Assembly (NCBI GenBank): GCA_965215885.1
Contig: CBDCEW010000035.1
Location: 1-18,515, forward strand
Reading direction: 5' to 3'
DNA: 18,515 bases
DNA from: Candidatus Moanibacter sp.
GTDB taxonomy: Bacteria; Verrucomicrobiota; Verrucomicrobiia; Opitutales; UBA2987
Positions 17,586 to 18,515 of the stretch are shown here, piece by piece (the stretch's first letter is position 1; each line of letters opens with the position of its first letter). The translations under genes and the position numbers were made by a program. The notes beneath the pieces are model-generated. The model made no database searches, was not told the origin of the DNA, and was given only the letters and a program-made list of their open reading frames with translations.

Positions 17586-17604
17586 GATTCTTGAAGGACT
17601 TCAA

Positions 17605-18515
17605 ATGAAAGAATTGATTCTGCCGAAAAATTCCCACGTTCTTGCGAACGCGGCTACTGTGCTCCGTAAGCTATTGAAATGTGTAGCCGCGTTCGCAAGA
17701 ACGTGGTTGCGGATTCCGAAAGGACAGCTTTTTCAGCAGAATCTAGAATTGAGAGTTGGAATTGTGAATCGCTTACGTTGGCATTCACTTCCGAGGAAGC
17801 TTATCGGTTATGCCATTCTTTCGTTTTGGGCTATTACGGGGGTTTGTGTGAGTCATGCTCAAGACTCATCGGCAGGTGCTTCGAACTCAGGCTTTACCTA
17901 TTCTGAATACTCCCGTAATGCCGTTACACGCGGTTCGCTGCGGTCGGTAATGGTGCCCTTGGAGGATATCAGGCTCAGTTCGGCCGCAGCCGGTGTCATC
18001 GCCGGGTATCATTTGGAAGAGGGCGATACTCTGAAGGCCGGAGACATCATTCTTGAATTGGATTCTGAAATTGAGAGTTCCGTGGTCGACGAGGGCATCG
18101 CCCGGGTAAACGGGACAAAGGCCGACTTTGAGAGAGCGCAGAAGAATTACGCACGAGCCAAGGCTCTGCGAGAAGACAATATCAACAGCCAGAAACAGTA
18201 TGAAGAAGCAAAGTATTCGCTGGCCCTGGCCGAGAGCCGCTACCAACAGAGCCTGGCCAATCTCGCTATGGCGGAGGTCCGTCTCCGAGAGCGGTTTATA
18301 AGAAGCCCAATCGACGGAATTTTCCTGAAAAAGAGCAAGTCCGTCGGGGAATCGGTGGAGCGGCTGGAAACGGTTGCACGGGTCGTCGACGCCTCACGCC
18401 TCATGCTCGTTGTCTATTGTGATACGAGCCTCTTTGGGCAAATTGAAAAAGAGGCTAACTATCTGATCGAGCTTCTCGATGGACGGCACAGAGGTAAGAG
18501 AATTGAAGCCAAAGT
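17605..18515 (+). CDS. RND/HlyD-type periplasmic adaptor (MFP), partial, runs off the right edge; absent from the ORF track
   Basis: Frame open from ATG 17605 (GAAGGA RBS at 17593-17598) to the end. Signal-like LIGYAILSFWAITGVCVSHA-QD, AGVIAGYHLEEGDTLKAGDIILELD, IRSPIDGIF. Alternative GTG start at 17764. Confidence 0.88.
   Translation, partial: MKELILPKNSHVLANAATVLRKLLKCVAAFARTWLRIPKGQLFQQNLELRVGIVNRLRWHSLPRKLIGYAILSFWAITGVCVSHAQDSSAGASNSGFTYSEYSRNAVTRGSLRSVMVPLEDIRLSSAAAGVIAGYHLEEGDTLKAGDIILELDSEIESSVVDEGIARVNGTKADFERAQKNYARAKALREDNINSQKQYEEAKYSLALAESRYQQSLANLAMAEVRLRERFIRSPIDGIFLKKSKSVGESVERLETVARVVDASRLMLVVYCDTSLFGQIEKEANYLIELLDGRHRGKRIEAK
17634..17706. repeat. GTAG-type REP doublet (REPIN-like), perfect 24-bp inverted repeat
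   Basis: CCACGTTCTTGCGAACGCGGCTAC (17634-17657) / GTAGCCGCGTTCGCAAGAACGTGG (17683-17706), 25-nt spacer. Each arm is GTAG plus its own small palindrome. Confidence 0.9.

Noticed and set aside
824..18246. Numerous antisense or alternate-frame ORFs inside the main genes (e.g. 824-1618, 5780-6490, 9593-10129, 17887-18246)
   Set aside because: These are shadow ORFs of well-supported genes in moderately GC-rich DNA.

Overview
Probable PVC-superphylum (Verrucomicrobia/Opitutales-like, inferred from protein style) cell-surface locus. At the left edge is the 5' end of a LEPR-XLL-type (LExRxLL leader) large secreted protein. On the right is a type-I-like export module with no HlyB-type ABC transporter in the window: a TolC, an M50 protease fused to a membrane-fusion protein (MFP), a GAF-like/MFP fusion and a third plain MFP, with a double methyltransferase between the two divergent arms. 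Between these lie an orphan Wzt ATPase and two tandem APH-fold kinases. Two insertion sequences have readable ends: an IS5/ISNCY-like element (687-2603) and a 2374-bp element with an unusually long 741-aa DDE transposase that splits kinase 1 and has a 5-bp AAGCT target duplication. Intergenic DNA is rich in palindromes, including a 165-nt four-way junction with GNRA loops and a perfect 24-bp REP doublet in frame with the last gene. Single-base frameshifts in the LEPR-XLL gene and wzt may be sequencing errors.
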